Shown here: in pieces, positions 36,717-49,355 of the stretch
How positions within the stretch are numbered: position 1 is the first letter of the stretch
Layout of the letters: each line of letters starts with the position of its first letter
NCBI RefSeq assembly: GCF_038025025.1
Contig: NW_027117339.1
Location: 1,612,001-1,676,000, forward strand
Origin: Phyllosticta citribraziliensis
Taxonomy: Eukaryota
DNA length: 64,000 nt
Reading direction: 5' to 3'
Made by a program: the position numbers and the translations under genes
Notes under the pieces: generated by a model
Database searches by the model: none
Seen by the model: the letters and a program-made list of their open reading frames with translations, nothing else
What the model was told of the DNA's origin: nothing

Positions 36717-38066
36717 ATGGCTTCGTCTACTTCCAAGCCCGTCCCAGTTCGGGGCATGCAAGACATGTCTCTGCACTCGAACTCGGACTCGATAATCTAT
36801 GCAGGGTCTAGAATCACATACGACACCGGCGGCTTCTCGTTGAGCGCACGTGCACAAGCAGAGAAAGGCCTGGTGGACCGGGAGAAGGAGTTGGGCATTG
36901 ATTACTGCGGCATGAGACCTGTGGAAAAGCAAAATTCGGCGCAGTGTCTCGCCATCTTTCTTTTAGATGGCGGGATCGTGAAACTGTCCAAAGCGCGGCT
37001 GCCTCTCCAGTGCGGTTGTGGAGTTGCCAGAGAAGGGGCGGCATGTAAGGTGAGGCGAGTCCTGTCTGTGCCCGAATAGAATTTGGCGACTAATAAATGT
37101 AAACAGCATGTCTTCTGGGTTGTCGACAAGTTGGCTCAAGCTGTAGTTCAGCCGACGACGGGTATCAAGCCGCCAGGAATTAAACTCAGCCAAGACGGCG
37201 CAATGGTGGGGGGTGTGTCGCTCTGGACATTCTTCGACAGAAATTTTGGAAGCATTGATAAACTGGCAGTGTCGCTCAGCTGGCCAATCGTCAGGCCAGA
37301 GCAGGAGCGAGAAAGGTGGCATACCAACGAAAATCTAAACGATTTGATGTCGGTTTTTGAGCACCGAATATCTCCAGCCGACTTCATCGACCCCGAATGC
37401 ATTGCAAGAGCACCCAAGGAGTCGTCGTCCGTTTTCAAGAATTTCAGCAGCCTCGTCGTGCAGGAAGCGTTGCGCAACCCACGGTTCAAGAATCGCATGG
37501 AGAGGATCATCGACGTGGATGACTTTTGCGCCCGAGTCTTTGTGCAAAAAATGGAAGACAAGAGGAAAGACATCTGGGATCGCTTCGCCAACTACAAACA
37601 ACGCCAGCCGCGCTCGGACGAGGACCGGTTCGGCGTGGTCGAGTGCGCAGAGCGCCTGCGGGAACTCGCCGAAGAAGTACACGAAGGATACCAGAAGCGC
37701 ATCTTCAACAAGTCGGACGCCCTCGGCCGGCAAGTGGCCGCTATCCTCATCAGCCTGCTCGAGGACGTCATGGCCAAGAATGAAGACTCCTACCGCCGAC
37801 TCAGTTGGCATCGGCCGCGCCACGAACATGAGACGCTCCAGGACAGGAATCTCTACCTGCGGCTGATCAAGCAGCCGGTGGACGAGGATGGCGACGCGCT
37901 TGACGACGACGACGAGCATTTCGTGCTGGACGAATTGAGCATGATCAAAGTGGATCATTTGCGGCCCTACAAGAGCAGGTTGGAAGTCATCGAAGACCAA
38001 GTCAAGACGCAGGGTGCACCGGTCGCGTACGTAAAGAGGCTAGAGGAGATTGTGTTTAGAACCTGA
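36717..38066 (+). CDS. SWIM-type zinc finger protein, 2 exons
   Basis: Intron 37050-37106 (GTGAGG..CTAAT..CAG) joins LQCGCGVAREGAACK to HVFWVVD, giving the SWIM pattern C-x-C-xn-C-x-H. Continues into the 327-aa ORF. Confidence 0.8.
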
Positions 38067-39589
38067 TGCGACGGAGACGGGTGCAGTCGTCGTCTCATCA
38101 CGTGTCGATCGTACTCTTTGTTTGTTTGGCCCGCCGCCGGCTTTCGAGAAGATTTCTCGAAGGAAGGAAGCGGAACGTTTGGTTTCCAATCCATCCCTGG
38201 ACGGCAGGCAAGGCCTGGTATGCCGGCCGGCTCCGCGCTGCCAGATGCCAATCTTGTTCCATTTTTTCGGAAGTCGACTGTAGAGTAGATGAGTAAATGA
38301 ATCTTAATGAGCTTGGATCCGTCCCTCAAGGACCAGTCGAGCGGCAGTGGTGCTGACATGCAGTGCACGGGTTCTCCATGGCCCACTGCATCATCATGGC
38401 GAAGCGGGTTGTCTGGTTAGCTCTGAGAAAGCACTCTATTTAGGCTGTAGATCTGTTTCATGCTCCACACTACCGAATTGGGCGAACAAATAGCAGTGCC
38501 TGGCGTGAGCTACGACAAGAAAGGGCGAAGATGGACAGGGTCTGGTGACCGGTGTGGCCCATGGCTGGAGTCGGGGGTTATCGAAGAAGCATCCGCGGGT
38601 CCTTTGAGCTTGCCAAACTCTGTCCAACCCTCGAGCGAGCAAGGGAAGCCGAGTCTAACAGGACCATGGATCTGGGTGGTCACATGACTGGAGGGGTCAA
38701 CCGGCTCAGCGGAAACAAAGGATTCGCTCCGGTGCTCGACGTCTGGCAGGAACATGGCCTGATGAGGCATGGGCGCACCATGGCCGAGAGCGGCATGTTT
38801 TAAGTGGCGGGCGTGGTCGTTGGTTATCGCTGTTGAGGCCCGTATGCAGGCGGGGTGATAGCGATGGTCGAAGTGGAGGTGGTGGAGCTCTCTGAATCGA
38901 CTGAGCGTCGGACCACCAGCAAGAGTTTCCAAAATCGGCGATGGCAGCAGCATCGAAGTTGTTTCGGACAAGCTCTCGCGAACTGAGTAGCTGACGAGTT
39001 CCGTGACGGCCGCGCCCAAAGCCTACGTCAAGTGGAGAGGGAACCTGCCAATAACGAGAGACGTAAATGCGGTGCTTCATAAAAGGCCGGATCAGCGCGG
39101 CGATGGATGAATTGAGATGTCGGTCGTTTCCCTGGCAGGCAGTGCTAGTCAACAAGCCTTGGGCTTTTCGGACCGCGTAGACGCAGGCGTGGCATGCAGG
39201 GGGGCGCCACGGCTGTAGAGCGGCCGGGGGGTGACGTGAAGGGCGCGAGGCTTGAGCGGCAGGGCATGCTGATGGCACACATGGCGCACGCTACGGAGGG
39301 GAGATTGAGAGGTGAGGGTACGAGGTGGAGGGGAGCGGGGAAAGACCAGAACAGCAGAAGGGACGGTGATGATGGTGTGCAGGCGATTCGTCGGTCGTGG
39401 ACTCGTGGTCCCTGCTGAGAAAACGCGGGGAGCGCTAGTCCCACCTGGTCCTGGCGCCCTGACTCTCCCGCCAGACTTATAGAAGATTGTGGCCGGCATC
39501 CACGCTTCTCCCCGTCATCCTCGACTGCTATCTATCTCGCTGCCATCTTTCTGCTGCTCCTCCTCGGACGCCTTTCCTCCACCGCCAGA

Positions 39590-39683
39590 CTCCGTGTCAC
39601 CTACCACTGCGTTGTTTCTTTGATCCGACCCCTCCTCCGTGTCACCTACCACTGCGTTGTTTCTTTGATCCGACCCCTCCTCC
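39590..39683. repeat. Perfect 45-bp tandem duplication
   Basis: CTCCGTGTCACCTACCACTGCGTTGTTTCTTTGATCCGACCCCTC at 39590-39634 and 39635-39679, plus CTCC. Confidence 0.95.
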
Positions 39684-39813
39684 ATCGTCACACGCTCTGA
39701 CGTAACCGCCGTTGTGGTCGCCTATCCAAGCGACCCTCCCGCCCATTCCACGCGCCTTCAAACCCCCCTCTCTCTGTCCTCTCCGCCGCCAAAACACCCC
39801 ATTCATTGCCACC

Positions 39814-40716
39814 ATGTCCGACTCCAACAACTCGCCGCCTCGCTCGCCTCCTCTTCCTGAGCGCCGCCGCTCTTCCTTCGCTGGCCAGGCCTTTGCTGAC
39901 ATCTTCGGCCGTCAGCCCAACGGCCAGCCCGCCAACAATCAGAGTTATCAAGGCCCCATCTCTGCCGCTGCCGCTCAGGCCAATCGTCGCCGTCTCTCGT
40001 TGACCACCCTGGGGCTGTCTGGCTCGTCGCCCAACACGGCTTCGTCCATCACGTCAGAGAGAAGCCGCGGAGCGAGCATCTCTTCGGCCACTTCTGCCTC
40101 GGTCAACGAGAGTCCTTTTGACGACGATGACGTTACGAGTCCCAGCTCGAACAACTTGCCACCGAATTCGCCCTTCGCTCGCCGACTGAGCTTTGGCGCC
40201 CGGGCGCTGCGAGACTCGCAGCAGGGAAACGGGAGCGCAAATGCCAATGGTAGAGCTCGCCCTGATCCTTCGAATAAGTCTTCTCCCCCATCTGCGACCA
40301 CTGCACCCACGAGTGCAACCAAGGGTCGAGGTCTGTCTTGCTCGCTGCCCAGCACACCTGAACTACCTGAATTACAATCTCCTTGTGCGGTCCCTTGTCC
40401 CAATATCTTTCAATACCTCGACCCTCACCCAATCGTCTCTTGGCTCAAGACGCCTCCATACACCACCGACCCATGTGTTCTGCTTGTATCATTCTGACAC
40501 TCTCCAGATGGTTTTAGCTTTGCCGAAAATATGCGCACCCGTGCTGAACGCCATGCCTCCATTTCCTCTGCTCCCGGTCGAGTGTCCCCGCCCGTTCACC
40601 AACGAGCCAAGTCTGTGGCTACCATGGAACCGCCTATCCGCGAGATGCCCAAGACTGCCAAGGCCCCTGACGCCTTCCAAGAGCGCATCCTCAAGGGCGA
40701 TTTTTACATGGACTAG
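39814..40716 (+). CDS. Ser-rich hypothetical protein with several RRxS motifs, ending FQERILKGDFYMD, 2 exons
   Basis: ATG in GCCACCATG context at 39814. Donor at 40250 or 40331, acceptor CAG at 40507 with CTGAC branch. Second exon DGFSFAENMRTRAER..FYMD*. Confidence 0.8.
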
Positions 40717-42464
40717 CGAGCCTTCTGTGCTAGTTCGACTGCTGCATAAGGTCCGGCGAAATCGTGGCTTGGCAACTCTACATCTTCCATTGTTTGCATG
40801 ATTGTTGACTTGTAACTTGCCGTCCTGGACCTCGACGGCAAGCTTGCATCAACGTCGCGACCCTCAGTCTCTGTTTTGCGTGCATCCCGGGCGAATTCCC
40901 GAAAACGAGGGGAAGGATTGCCAAAGGAAACCGAAGACAACTCCATTTGTCACTGCTGCCAGAGCTTTGCTGCCCCAGCCTCACGATGCCTTGCTACACC
41001 AGGGTTCCCTCTCTGATTGTAACTTGGCGGAGTACTCAGAATCGACAACCATGCTAGCAACGCCACTCGTCCCGGCGCTAGTATCGCGGTCCACTCGACT
41101 CTCCGCCAAGCCAGACCGCTGGTCATTCATGAAGATCATGTTGACGCACCACTTTTCCGGATCATCACGTCCAGCCCAGTATTGACCCCAGCGGCGTTAT
41201 AGGAAATCACGGACGGCGTTTCCTCCCGGCTTCTCATTAGTGCCCGCAATCCTTCGGATGAGGAATACCAAGAATGGACGGCTGAGGATATTCATTACGA
41301 GCCCAGCGAAGATGCTGTCTTTCTTTGAGCTTGCGTCTTTTCAGGGAGAGGTTTCTTATTTCCTATTTCCTAATGAGGATTATCGAGGACTTTTTCCTTA
41401 ATTGGCACGATGGCACAGTCTTAGGGGGAATCTCCCATGCAAAAGTTTGGCGGGTCTGAAACACGGCTTGCGGGTCATGAGAAAACTTGGGCGTGAGGAA
41501 TGGATTTTCCGAAAGGGTGAAAGACTGCAACAATTGGGCAAGGCGAGCAGGATGATTTACTGCGTGCGCTTTTTTCGGCGTGTCTGGCTTGACTGTACTC
41601 TCGACCCAACGACACCATGGAGTCTTCCTACTTGTCATTGCTTCATTGCTGCCAGCCGCTTGGCTGAACGAGAGACCTTCGTTTGGCGCTTGATTCGATT
41701 CTCCGATTGTAATTTATACTAGTACTTTACCTTAAATGAATCGAGGTGTATGAGTACTTCGATACGACCTATCCATGCCCGAACACCATGAGCAATCACA
41801 CACCATGTCTCCCTCCACTACGCCGCCCCGCCATGCAACTTCCATGTCTCCCACCGGTCGTCGGGAGTGTGAGCTAGCTGCATCTTCTCTCATGCCTGCT
41901 ATGTCTGCCTACTTCACCGGTCGGCTTTTGCGTTGGCTGGGTTTGCGATAGACAGCTAGCGATAAATTGGTGGCAGACGAGGGGCGCTCGTCCGCTTTGA
42001 CAAGTAATTCTTGAAAGGGGCTTCCGCTCATCTTACTCCGCAGGTACTTGGGAGCATTCGTTGGTCTCTACCACTTTGCAAAAGAGGCGGAGAATGAGGT
42101 GCGTTCGTCAGCTTCAACTTGTAAAAGCCATTCATCTTGTGTGTCGTTCGGAACGGAACTGCATTAAATCGCAAACAACATCACTAGTCTATCTGATGCT
42201 GAGAAGAAAGAGGAGAATAAAGGAGGAAGATGAAGGAGAGAGAAAGCTTGTAGAGGACAAGGAACCAAAAAGACCCGAACACAACGACGCCAACAGCAGT
42301 AGCTCGATACACCAACCAGCCAGAAAACACCTGAAAATCATCAAAGAGCATTCGTGCAAACCCACCTTCGGCCAAACCACGACCACCACCACCAGTCGTA
42401 CCAAGCGCCTGATCCCAGCCTCGTCTCTTTCCCCCCTGAAACTCATTCCCTATCAGATCGCCGT

Positions 42465-45061
42465 TTACTCTTCCGTCTCCCCATCTCCCACAAACAACCG
42501 CCCAAGCAGCCGATCGAAAAACCCGGCCATACCGCGACCATCTCTTTCACCGTGAGTACTCACGCCGTCATCGCTGACGCCTATCCCCACCCTCTCCCTC
42601 ACATACCACGCCGTCTCATCGCCCGCGAGCACCTGACGCAGCGCATGGACGAAGCGCTGGTTGGGCGCGTCGGCGAAAAGAGGGGGAGCGCGCTGAGATG
42701 TTTGCCGGGAGGTCGGAGACGACCCACGACGGTTTTGGGCGGCGATCAAGGGGAAGTGGGCAGCGTGCGCGCGGCCATAGCAGGCTTGGTAGAAGGAGAG
42801 CAGCCGGTCGATAGGGTCGGGTTTGGGGTCGTCGCTGGGTGCCGCCGCCGCCGCCATGGCCGGGGGAGGCGCGGGACCAAAGACGGGCTGCTGAGTGTGC
42901 TGTTGGCTGCTCCCCGAGGAGCTGCTATTCCCGGCAGCAAAGACGACGGTGGCCTCCATATCGCCAGCAGCGTCGGCAGCAAAGTAATCGTCGTGGCACG
43001 CGTGGAACGCGAGGCGAGCGGCATGATACTGGACGCTCTCGCGCGCCATAAGGACGACTGCGACGGTGGCCATGACGACGGGGAACGCGTCGTGCCGCTG
43101 CGGCAGGCTGGTCTCGTAGAGCAGGGTGAGGGTGCGCGAGAGCAGCGCCGACGCCAGCGCGGGCACCGCATCGCCAAGCTGGCTGCGGATGAAGCATGGT
43201 GTTGAGACGCCAGCCGCGCCGCTGCCGCTGGCGATGCCGTCGTCGCCCATGAAGCGCGCGAACGAGGGGTCGTAGTGTGTGGTTGGATCGAGCTCCGTCA
43301 CGTCGCCCACGTGTACCAGTACGAGGAGCTTGAGCACGTTGTGGAGAAGACTGTGGTGTGGAGAGGACTGGGGAGATTAGCGCCGAAGTGTTGGATGAAA
43401 TTCCAGTACTGACTTTGTCAAGACTCCGGTAAAAGTTGTACACATGCTCGAAGACTTGCAATCGAGACCGGAAGACAGGAAAGTCGCGAATGTAGGTCGG
43501 ATTGTCAACCAGGTCTGACAGGTACTGGTCGAGCGTGAAGCCAAGGCGGATCTGGTTAACTGCGATTGCCGGAAAGACATTGTGTGTGTGCAGTTCAGGG
43601 GCAGCCTGGTCACTGCGCGGTGGCCACGGGTAGACGACATGTTCGTGGAGTATTGGCCGGGTTGGGTACGCATCAATCATGCGGACTTGGACCGCAACCG
43701 GAGGGCCACGGCCGAGTCTTACGTTGAGCTCATAAACGGTGGAATCAAGTAGGTAAAAGTCCAGAAGCGAGTCCAAAGACCTGGGATGCCAACTTCTGAT
43801 ATCTGCTGACAGTCAGCCTCCAACCGACAAGTCGACATGCCAGTAGCCGTAGCCGAGGGCCAGGGGTCATGTTGGACTCCACGATGGGGGGAATTCAGGA
43901 CACAGAACGAGACGTCGATCCTGGGTGGATCCCAAGGAGGCTCCGTGGCAGTTGACCAGATGGAACTGAGGAAGAGGAGGCGTGAGACGAACCAGTCAAC
44001 AAACTTGATGAGATGTCATTCAAATGCCAATTGCGACATGGGAAATTGATGAGCTCAGATCCATAGTATTTGAGGCAGCTTTGGCAGGGAACACCCGGAT
44101 CACACTACGACAGTTAGGAAGACGCATGTGGGTTGACTTGGGATAGAAGCTCAATGAAAAGAAGTACCTTGAATTTGCGGCGACGGCAGTTCTGGCAAGC
44201 TCCAATTTTGCGGAGTTCTGCAGCGTGCCTTCTCTGTTCCTCGTTCAAAGGGCCCTTGCGACCACGGGCCCTTCTGGTACGCTCAACCTCTGGCCGAACG
44301 GCTTCAGGTCTGTCAGGGAGGAGGACAAAGTCAAAGGTTGGCGGGTTCAAGTCATTGAGGTTCTCATGGGGTGGCGAGACTGTGTGTCCCGCATCGAAAG
44401 TGTTGCGGTTGGATGCCTGAGGCCATAGTACACGGTCGTTCTCAGGTGAAGACCGGGCTGATGTCGTTTGGGAGAGCGGTGATGGAGGCACGAGATAGGT
44501 TTGATTTCGTTCCCTCAATGATGCATTGTAGAGATGCTCAAACGAAAATGCAGAGTGCTGGGAAGAGGTGAAAGAGGAGCCATAGAGAAGGCTAGGTTCG
44601 GTCGAGAGGGTTGAGGCCGTTCTCGGTGCTTGTGGGATTGGAATGCCTCCCGGATGTTGATCCGACAAACGTTCAGCCACCAATCCACGCTGACCAGGAT
44701 TTTCAAGCAGATCAATATGGTTGAAAGGTCCAAGGTTGTGGTGAGGTTGAGGGTATATGAAGCCCCCATCTCCATTGATAGGTAGGAAGTTGCTGTCATG
44801 ATTTGATGACCCCAGGCCAAGCGAACTTTGTCCACTGGATCCTTGTCCTGTGAAGTCGGGCTGTTCGCAAGCAAATGTCGCCGGGTCTAGAAGGGCCAGA
44901 TCTGGAGGAAGGGGAAATTCGGCCCATGTGTCCTCCACTCCTCCTACTCCAAGCAAATAGTCATGGTCGTCGCTACGACAGACTGCGGAGTTGTCCCAGT
45001 CTTGGCGATGATGTGCCAAGCTGTCCCACTCGGGTGGGTAGGACTGGTTGTATCCGTCCAT
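42465..45061 (-). CDS. Zn(II)2Cys6 fungal transcription factor, 4 exons
   Basis: RKIGACQNCRRRKFK|CDPGVPCQSCLKYYGSELINFPC, formed across intron 44167-44105. Further introns 43992-43803 and about 43413-43368 link the 283-aa and 290-aa ORF segments in frame. Confidence 0.8.
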
Positions 45062-47487
45062 GGTCGAGATCCGGGACCTGGAAATGTTAGTCTAAGTCGA
45101 TTGGTACGGTTGGTGACATACCAGCGATGCTGCGGCCTGAAGATGCGAGGAGTGATCAAAATCTCGAAAGTCAATCTGTAAGGGAACTCGTGTTCGAGAA
45201 GCGGAGTGATTTGGAGCCGACGCGCGAGGCAAGATATTGGGGAGGCTTCGACTATTAGGAGCCATAACGGCCAGCTGTGACGTCGCAGAAGCCATCATCC
45301 TCACGGCATGTGAATACAGAGCCAGGGTCGGATGGCGTTGCCAGCGAAGAATGAGGCTCAACACAGCCTATCGCGCATCAAAGAAACGAGTCTGGCGTGC
45401 CTCCGGACCACGCTGCAGGCGTTCGCGCGGACAGTCAAGGATCGCGACGCTGGATTGTGGGCTCCGCTCTGCCGAATCTCACCGGCACGGCGGCAGGCTG
45501 TGCAACGTGACCCAGCCTGTGCAGCCACTGCTGCAGCACAAGCAAGACTGTTGCCAAAGCTCCAATCGCTCACCAGTCGTTGTCCATTCTACAATGCCGT
45601 GACCGGACTCAGCTTCGGGCGGATCCGTCCTAATCGACAATCCATGTTTTGTTTATCGACCTGGCCGTAGGCGCAACTCTCTCCTCGAGACATAGCGCGC
45701 GATTGCCCCAAGGCTGAAACGACATACAACAGGTCCACGTTTGCAGTGGCCTTACACCGAGTGCCCTGGCTCTTTTGTTTGCCGTAGTACAGAATCTTGT
45801 TATGGTAACAAGATGCGAGGGATTGCTCTCCAGTCTGTGTGGGGCAGCGGGTAGAGGAGGCTCAGAGGTTGAACGCTGAGAATTCGACCATGAATGAACT
45901 TTGCAACTTCAGCTTCCCGGTCGGCAATGATGCCTCATGGTATCCGTTTTTAAGGTGCCAATGACGTAGCTTGGTCGCAAGCCCTGTCTGGCGCATCGGT
46001 CATGTCTTGTCTTCTTCATCTTGTCTGCGGTCAGCTATCAGTATTGCAAAGAAGATCGAAAGCTTGAACAATAAGGGACGAAACAGTACTTGTATAATGC
46101 GATCTGAAAGATTGACCAATTTCCATGATCAATGAAAAAGGGCAGACATCCGAGTGGGTGGCAGGCATGCTGTCAATCACGACCACGTTTGCTCTCGTCT
46201 ATGCGACCACGTAATTGGAGAAGGATTTGCACTGCAAGGCGGGGAAGTGGGTGCGTATGACGCATAAGCTGCCAAGATGTGCCTCGTGGGATCTAAAGGC
46301 AATATGGGCTTCGAACCGAACTGCGGCGACAACGAGGACCAACAATTCACCGGGGTTGCCCGGGCCGCAGCCAGCCTCGTTGAAGGCTTTACATCGTTGG
46401 GTTGACGGACATTTTCTGTCGAACGCGCCATAAGGCCTTTCTCAAGGCTGCACTTGCCTTTTTTGGATTGCTTCACTTTCCTGGTTCGAGGAGACGGACT
46501 TGGATTTCTGCTGGCCTCTCCACGCCGTTGGGGGATCTCGTGGCTGTTTGTCTGGATGCATCAATGCCGTGACCGAATCCCGTGCATGCTTGTCTTCATT
46601 GGGCCGCTGCAGTCATCCAACGTGAGCGAAAAAATCGCGTCGAACTCGCTGCTTCAAAATGCGCGACTGCGCAATTCATCATGCTCGGCTTTGTTCGGAG
46701 AAGCCGTTGGAAAAGACGGGGTATTGGATAAGACGATTCCAGAGCCGAACCAATCGCAAAGGATGTCATTCCGCTGACTGTCCCAGACTGTGGGGTGCCA
46801 CCAAGGTACCCGCAAACCGTAGATTGGAGATCTGCCGGTCCACGAAGCGGCGCACAGCGGGAAGTTTGCTGATTCCTGGGTCAAATCGTTTGGAAAGCGG
46901 CGGAACAGGCCCGGGGATCTGATGTGCAAGTGCCTGGAAATTCGATGCTTCGCCATGGCAACAGCCGTGCCGTTGTGGCTTTATCTGCGAAGGAGTTTTG
47001 CTGCGAATTGGTTACGTCAAGATTTGGGTTTGGTCTTGTCACTCGGCAACGTTGCTGTCGCCTGGGAGCTGCCCAACCATTCGAATGGCAATTGAACGTC
47101 GAGGTCTTTATAGGATCCCTTGGCAGCGGTATGCATATAGACCCTTGCCGGCGGCCAATGGGAGCAGAGAGCAGGGCATGGCTTTATCGCAAAGCAGCTG
47201 TATTACCATGACGATAGGTGATTGACACAGCTCCTATCACCGGAGCGGCGTAGGAAAGCTGGCGAGGGCCTTGGTTCGAGGGTCAGGAGTCGAAGGGTGT
47301 TTCCAGGAGGCTGGCGGTGAGTGGTGACATGGAATGACTCTTGTCCTCGAGACGGTCGGCAGCTTGGTGTGCAGTCGGGGGGCTTGGCTCCGGGGCGGCG
47401 AGCGTGGGCGTGGCGGAGGGTGGTGTTTAGGGGCGGAATGCTGTCCTCATGATCAGAGCCAGGGTCCGCGGACGCAAGCGGAGCGGG

Positions 47488-47673
47488 CCAATCAGCGGAC
47501 TATCAATTGGAGCCCCTGCGAACTTGGACGTAATGCTAGCCGCTAAGCGCAGGACGAACCGAGCATCTGTTAGTTTCCAAAGTACAACACCTTAAGCGCA
47601 GGTATAGACGTGAGCTGCGGATACACTCGGCATGGCCTGAAATCTCTTATTTCTGCGGGTTCCGTCTATAAAG
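47488..47673 (+). promoter_or_regulatory. Ornithine aminotransferase promoter: CCAAT box, duplicated TAAGCGCAGG, TATA box
   Basis: CCAAT 47488-47492; TAAGCGCAGG at 47544-47553 and 47593-47602; TATAAAG 47667-47673; then a CT-rich leader. Confidence 0.5.
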
Positions 47674-47812
47674 GGGCGCCGCTTCCCAAGACTTACCCTC
47701 TCTTTTTCCCCGTCCAAATTGCTGCCCTATCCATCCCCTCGTACCTTGCATCTCGTCGCAAACAACACCCCGCATTCCACACCTCCACAACATCTTTTTC
47801 TCTGCACACACC

Positions 47813-49355
47813 ATGGCTCCTTCAGCTGTCGCCAACGGCGCTCTTAATGGCAGCGCCCTGAATGCCTCGGCCAAAACTTTCAATCCCGCCCCCTCTCGCT
47901 TCCACGCTGCGTCCTCCGACGAGGCCTTCCACGCCGAGCATGAGCATGCCGCCCACAACTACCACCCTCTTCCCGTCGTCTTTTCGCGCGCATCCGGCGT
48001 CGACGTGTGGGACCCCGAAGGAAGGCAAGTTTTCTCTCCTCTGGCCCATCTCGAGCGCTGCGGCTGACTCCAGCAGGCACTATCTCGACTTCTTGTCGGC
48101 CTACAGCGCCGTGAACCAAGGGCATTGTCACCCCGAACTCGTCAAGGCTCTGGTCGACCAAGCTTCGCGCTTGACTCTCAGCAGCCGCGCTTTCTACAAC
48201 GATGTCTTCCCTCGCTTCGCTGAGTACATCACCAAGACCCTCGGCTTCGACATGGTGATGCCCATGAATACGGGCGCCGAGGCCGTCGAAACGGCGGTCA
48301 AGATTGCCCGCAAATGGGGATACAAGGTCAAGGGCATTCCAGAGAACCAGGCTCTGGTCTTTAGCGCTCAGGAGAACTTCCATGGCCGCACTGTTCGTCG
48401 CCGCCCCTTGCGATGTTGCTGCGCCGGACACAACGCTGACGATGATGTCACAGTTTGCTGCGATCACCATGTCCACGGACCCCGAGTCCCGCGACAACTA
48501 CGGCCCCTATCTCCCCGGCATTGGTAGCGTAGACCCCGCAACCAACGAACCAATCCGCTACAACAACGTCGATGACGTACGGAGAGTCCTCGAAGCGCAT
48601 GGCAAGAATACTGCCGCGTTTTTGGTGGAGCCCATTCAGGGCGAAGCCGGTATCGTCGTGCCGGATGACAGCTACTTGACCGAGGTCAAGGCGCTGTGCG
48701 AGAAGCACAACGTGCTCCTGATTGTCGACGAGATCCAGACTGGCATCGCGCGGACGGGTCGCATGCTCTGCCACGAGTGGAGCGGCATCAAGCCAGACCT
48801 GGTACTGCTGGGCAAGGCCATTTCTGGTGGCATGTACCCCGTGTCATGCGTGCTGGGTTCCAAGGAGGTGATGCTCACGGTCGAGCCTGGTACCCACGGC
48901 TCCACATACGGCGGCAACCCACTTGGCTCTGCCATTGCAATCAGGGCGCTCGAGATCATCCAGGAGGAAAACATGGTTGAGCACGCAGAGAAACTTGGCA
49001 ACATCTTCCGCGACGGCTTGAGGAACATCGACAGCCCGATGATCACCCTCGTCCGCGGCAAGGGCCTGCTCAATGCCATTGTCATTGACGAAACCAAGAC
49101 CAATGGTCACAGCGCTTGGGATCTTTGCATGCTGTTCAAGGAGAAGGGTTTGCTGGTATGCTATCCGCCACAAGAGTCAAACGCAAGCTGCTAACAAATC
49201 ATCAGGCCAAGCCAACCCACCAGAACATCATCCGCCTGGCGCCCCCGCTCGTCATCACCGAGGAGCAAATCCAAAAGTCGCTGGACATCATCCGCGACGC
49301 GATAAACGAGCTGCCCACCCTCCAGAAGGACGCTCACAATGGCGCGGGCCACTAA
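47813..49355 (+). CDS. CAR2: Ornithine aminotransferase (class III PLP enzyme), 4 exons
   Basis: [59 protein letters not shown] (PLP lysine), [10 protein letters not shown]. Introns 48025-48076 (GC-AG), 48393-48453, 49156-49205. Confidence 0.97.

Noticed and set aside
21674..49355. FMP32-like gene and OAT as a proline/ornithine pathway cluster
   Set aside because: They are about 25 kb apart with unrelated genes between them, and nothing in the sequence links them.
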